From: a bacterium
Lineage (GTDB): Bacteria > Patescibacteriota > Patescibacteriia > Patescibacteriales > UBA12465
Assembly (NCBI GenBank): GCA_021806615.1
Contig: JAJZRB010000001.1
Span: 207,201-271,200 of the forward strand
Reading direction: 5' to 3'
Length of the DNA stretch: 64,000 nt
The translations under genes and the position numbers were made by a program. A model generated the notes under the pieces. That model was given only the letters and a program-made list of their open reading frames with translations. It did no database searches and was not told the origin of the DNA. Each line of letters begins with the position of its first letter. Positions within the stretch are counted from its first letter, which is position 1. Positions 62,221 through 64,000 of the stretch are shown piece after piece.

Positions 62221-64000
62221 ATGTCAAAATCAGACAAAAATAATCTTGAAGATAAAAAAGAGGCGCATTCTTTGCCGGCTGATAATGCTGTTAATTTAAG
62301 GAAGCAAACGGTTTATGGAACAGTAGAGGAGCAGCCGATCAATAATGAGATGAGCCGATCATATTTAGAGTATGCGATGAGCGTCATTGTTTCCCGCGCC
62401 TTGCCGGACGTTCGAGATGGGTTGAAGCCGGTCCATCGCCGGATCTTGTACGCCATGTGGGATATCGGCTTGAAAGCGAATGCTAAATTCCGTAAATCGG
62501 CTACGGTCGTCGGCGAAGTCTTGGGTAAATATCATCCGCACGGCGACAGCGCTGTCTACGAATCAATGGTCCGGATGGCTCAGGATTTTTCTATGCGCTA
62601 TCCTCTGGTGCGCGGCCAGGGGAATTTCGGCTCCATGGATGGGGATAACGCGGCCGCTATGCGTTATACGGAAGCGAAATTATCAGCGGTTGCCGAAGAG
62701 ATGCTTTTTGATATCGATAAGGATACGGTTGATTTTATTCCGAATTACGATGGCAGCCATAAAGAACCTCGGCTATTGCCTTCTAAGCTGCCGAACCTGC
62801 TATTAAACGGGACAATGGGCATCGCGGTCGGCATGTCCACGAATATCCCCCCGCATAATTTAAAGGAATTGGCCGGCGCCATTGATCATCTGATCGCTAA
62901 TCCGGAGGCGAGCGTTGAAGATCTGATGCAGTTTGTTAAAGGACCAGATTTCCCGACAGGCGGCATCATTTATGATAAGAAGGAAATTACCGCCGCGTAT
63001 GCGACGGGAAAAGGCGGTATCGTCGTCCGCGGACAAGCGGAAATAGAAGAAGAAAAGAGCGGCGGATTCCGCATAATCGTCTCGGAAATTCCTTATCAAG
63101 TCAATAAAGCTGACTTAGTAGAGAAGATTGCGGATTTGGTTAAGGATAAAAAGATAGAGGGCATTAAGGCCTTGCGCGACGAGTCGGATAAAGACGGCGT
63201 ACGTATCGTGATCGAACTTAAGAAGGATTCTTATCCTAAGAAAATTCTGAACAGTTTATATAAGCATACCGCGCTGCAGACCACCTTCCATCTTAATATG
63301 CTAGCTCTGGTCGACGGCATCCAGCCTAAGGTTTTGACCTTGAAGATGATTCTAGAAGAGTATATCAAACACCGCCAAGAAGTCGTCAAACGCCGCACGC
63401 AATTTGATTTGAACAAAGCGAAAGATCGAGCCCATATCCTAGAAGGCCTGATGATCGCCCTTAAACATATCGATGAGGTTATTAAGACTATTAAAGCCTC
63501 TAAAGATAAAGAAGTCGCTAAAGTCAATTTAATAAAGAAGTTTAAACTGTCAGAACGACAGGCCGTGGCCATACTGGAGATGCGCCTGCAGAACTTAGCT
63601 AACCTTGAGCAATTAAAAATAGAAGAAGAACTGAAAGAAAAGCAAAGGCTCATCAAGGAATTGGAAGCGATATTGAAATCAGTCGCTAAGATGCGCGGCA
63701 TTGTTAGGGATGAACTTAAAGCCTTGGCTGACAAATACGGCGATGACCGCCGTACGCAAGTCGTTTCTCACGGTGTGAAAGAATTCAGTATGGAAGATCT
63801 GGTCCCGAATGAAGAAACGGTCGTTATGATGACTCGGGACGGCTATATAAAGAGACTAGAACCAGACACCTTTAAAGTCCAAGCCCGCGGCGGAAAGGGC
63901 GTGGTGGGCCTGACTACCAAAGAGGAGGATATGGTTGAATTTATGTTCACCTCCCAGACGCACAATGATGTGCTATTCTTTACGACTAAAGGCCGGGTTT
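62221..64000 (+). CDS. gyrA: DNA gyrase subunit A (3' end beyond the window)
   Basis: My translation from the ATG at 62221 gives ...[34 protein letters not shown]...[20 protein letters not shown]. The frame is open to the window end. It is not listed in the track because it is truncated. Confidence 0.95.
   Translation, partial: MSKSDKNNLEDKKEAHSLPADNAVNLRKQTVYGTVEEQPINNEMSRSYLEYAMSVIVSRALPDVRDGLKPVHRRILYAMWDIGLKANAKFRKSATVVGEVLGKYHPHGDSAVYESMVRMAQDFSMRYPLVRGQGNFGSMDGDNAAAMRYTEAKLSAVAEEMLFDIDKDTVDFIPNYDGSHKEPRLLPSKLPNLLLNGTMGIAVGMSTNIPPHNLKELAGAIDHLIANPEASVEDLMQFVKGPDFPTGGIIYDKKEITAAYATGKGGIVVRGQAEIEEEKSGGFRIIVSEIPYQVNKADLVEKIADLVKDKKIEGIKALRDESDKDGVRIVIELKKDSYPKKILNSLYKHTALQTTFHLNMLALVDGIQPKVLTLKMILEEYIKHRQEVVKRRTQFDLNKAKDRAHILEGLMIALKHIDEVIKTIKASKDKEVAKVNLIKKFKLSERQAVAILEMRLQNLANLEQLKIEEELKEKQRLIKELEAILKSVAKMRGIVRDELKALADKYGDDRRTQVVSHGVKEFSMEDLVPNEETVVMMTRDGYIKRLEPDTFKVQARGGKGVVGLTTKEEDMVEFMFTSQTHNDVLFFTTKGRV

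Noticed and set aside
62480-63734. Track ORFs 62480..62806 (+), 62860..63099 (-) and 63231..63734 (-).
   Set aside because: All lie within the gyrA reading frame (62221 to the window end), which has unmistakable GyrA motifs.

Overview
This 64-kb window is gene-dense (about 40% GC, standard genetic code). I infer it comes from a reduced-genome bacterium of the Patescibacteria/CPR type, but that is not proven. I can support about 66 protein genes and 11 dispersed tRNA genes. I found no rRNA, CRISPR array, transposase or integrase.

The housekeeping genes are:
- Translation and tRNA modification: rplS, rpsF-ssb-rpsR, efp, ychF, tyrS, argS, glyQS, tsaD, tsaE.
- DNA metabolism and chromosome maintenance: partial gyrA, uvrA, smc, comM.
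- RNA turnover: partial rnj.
- Other: trxB, ppsA, lgt, lspA, ndk.

Five stretches deserve follow-up:
1. One operon carries six tandem small membrane proteins with a VirB2/TrbC-type pilin architecture (15702-18267). It is flanked by a 3D-domain cell-wall hydrolase, a lipoprotein and a GT-C-like polytopic membrane protein. A seventh, diverged copy at 22067-22522 is coupled to a RodZ-like gene. No secretion ATPase lies next to any of them.
2. A 1004-aa protein is a head-to-tail fusion of two complete PilB/GspE-type secretion ATPase modules (49819-52833). It sits in a tight four-gene operon with an unknown membrane protein, a translin-like protein and a YfcE-type phosphoesterase.
3. An SMC protein has no recognisable hinge. 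It carries two pairs of internal duplications of about 88-90 aa that mirror each other about residue ~530.
4. A 750-bp AT-rich non-coding region holds a perfect DnaA box and a 13-bp inverted repeat flanking a near-pure AT stretch, which makes it a candidate oriC.
5. Smaller items include a UvrA lacking the UvrB-binding domain, a promoter-driven structured RNA candidate, and a 36-aa Lys/Ala-rich basic protein missing from the ORF track.

All family assignments come from motifs read by eye. No database searches were run.
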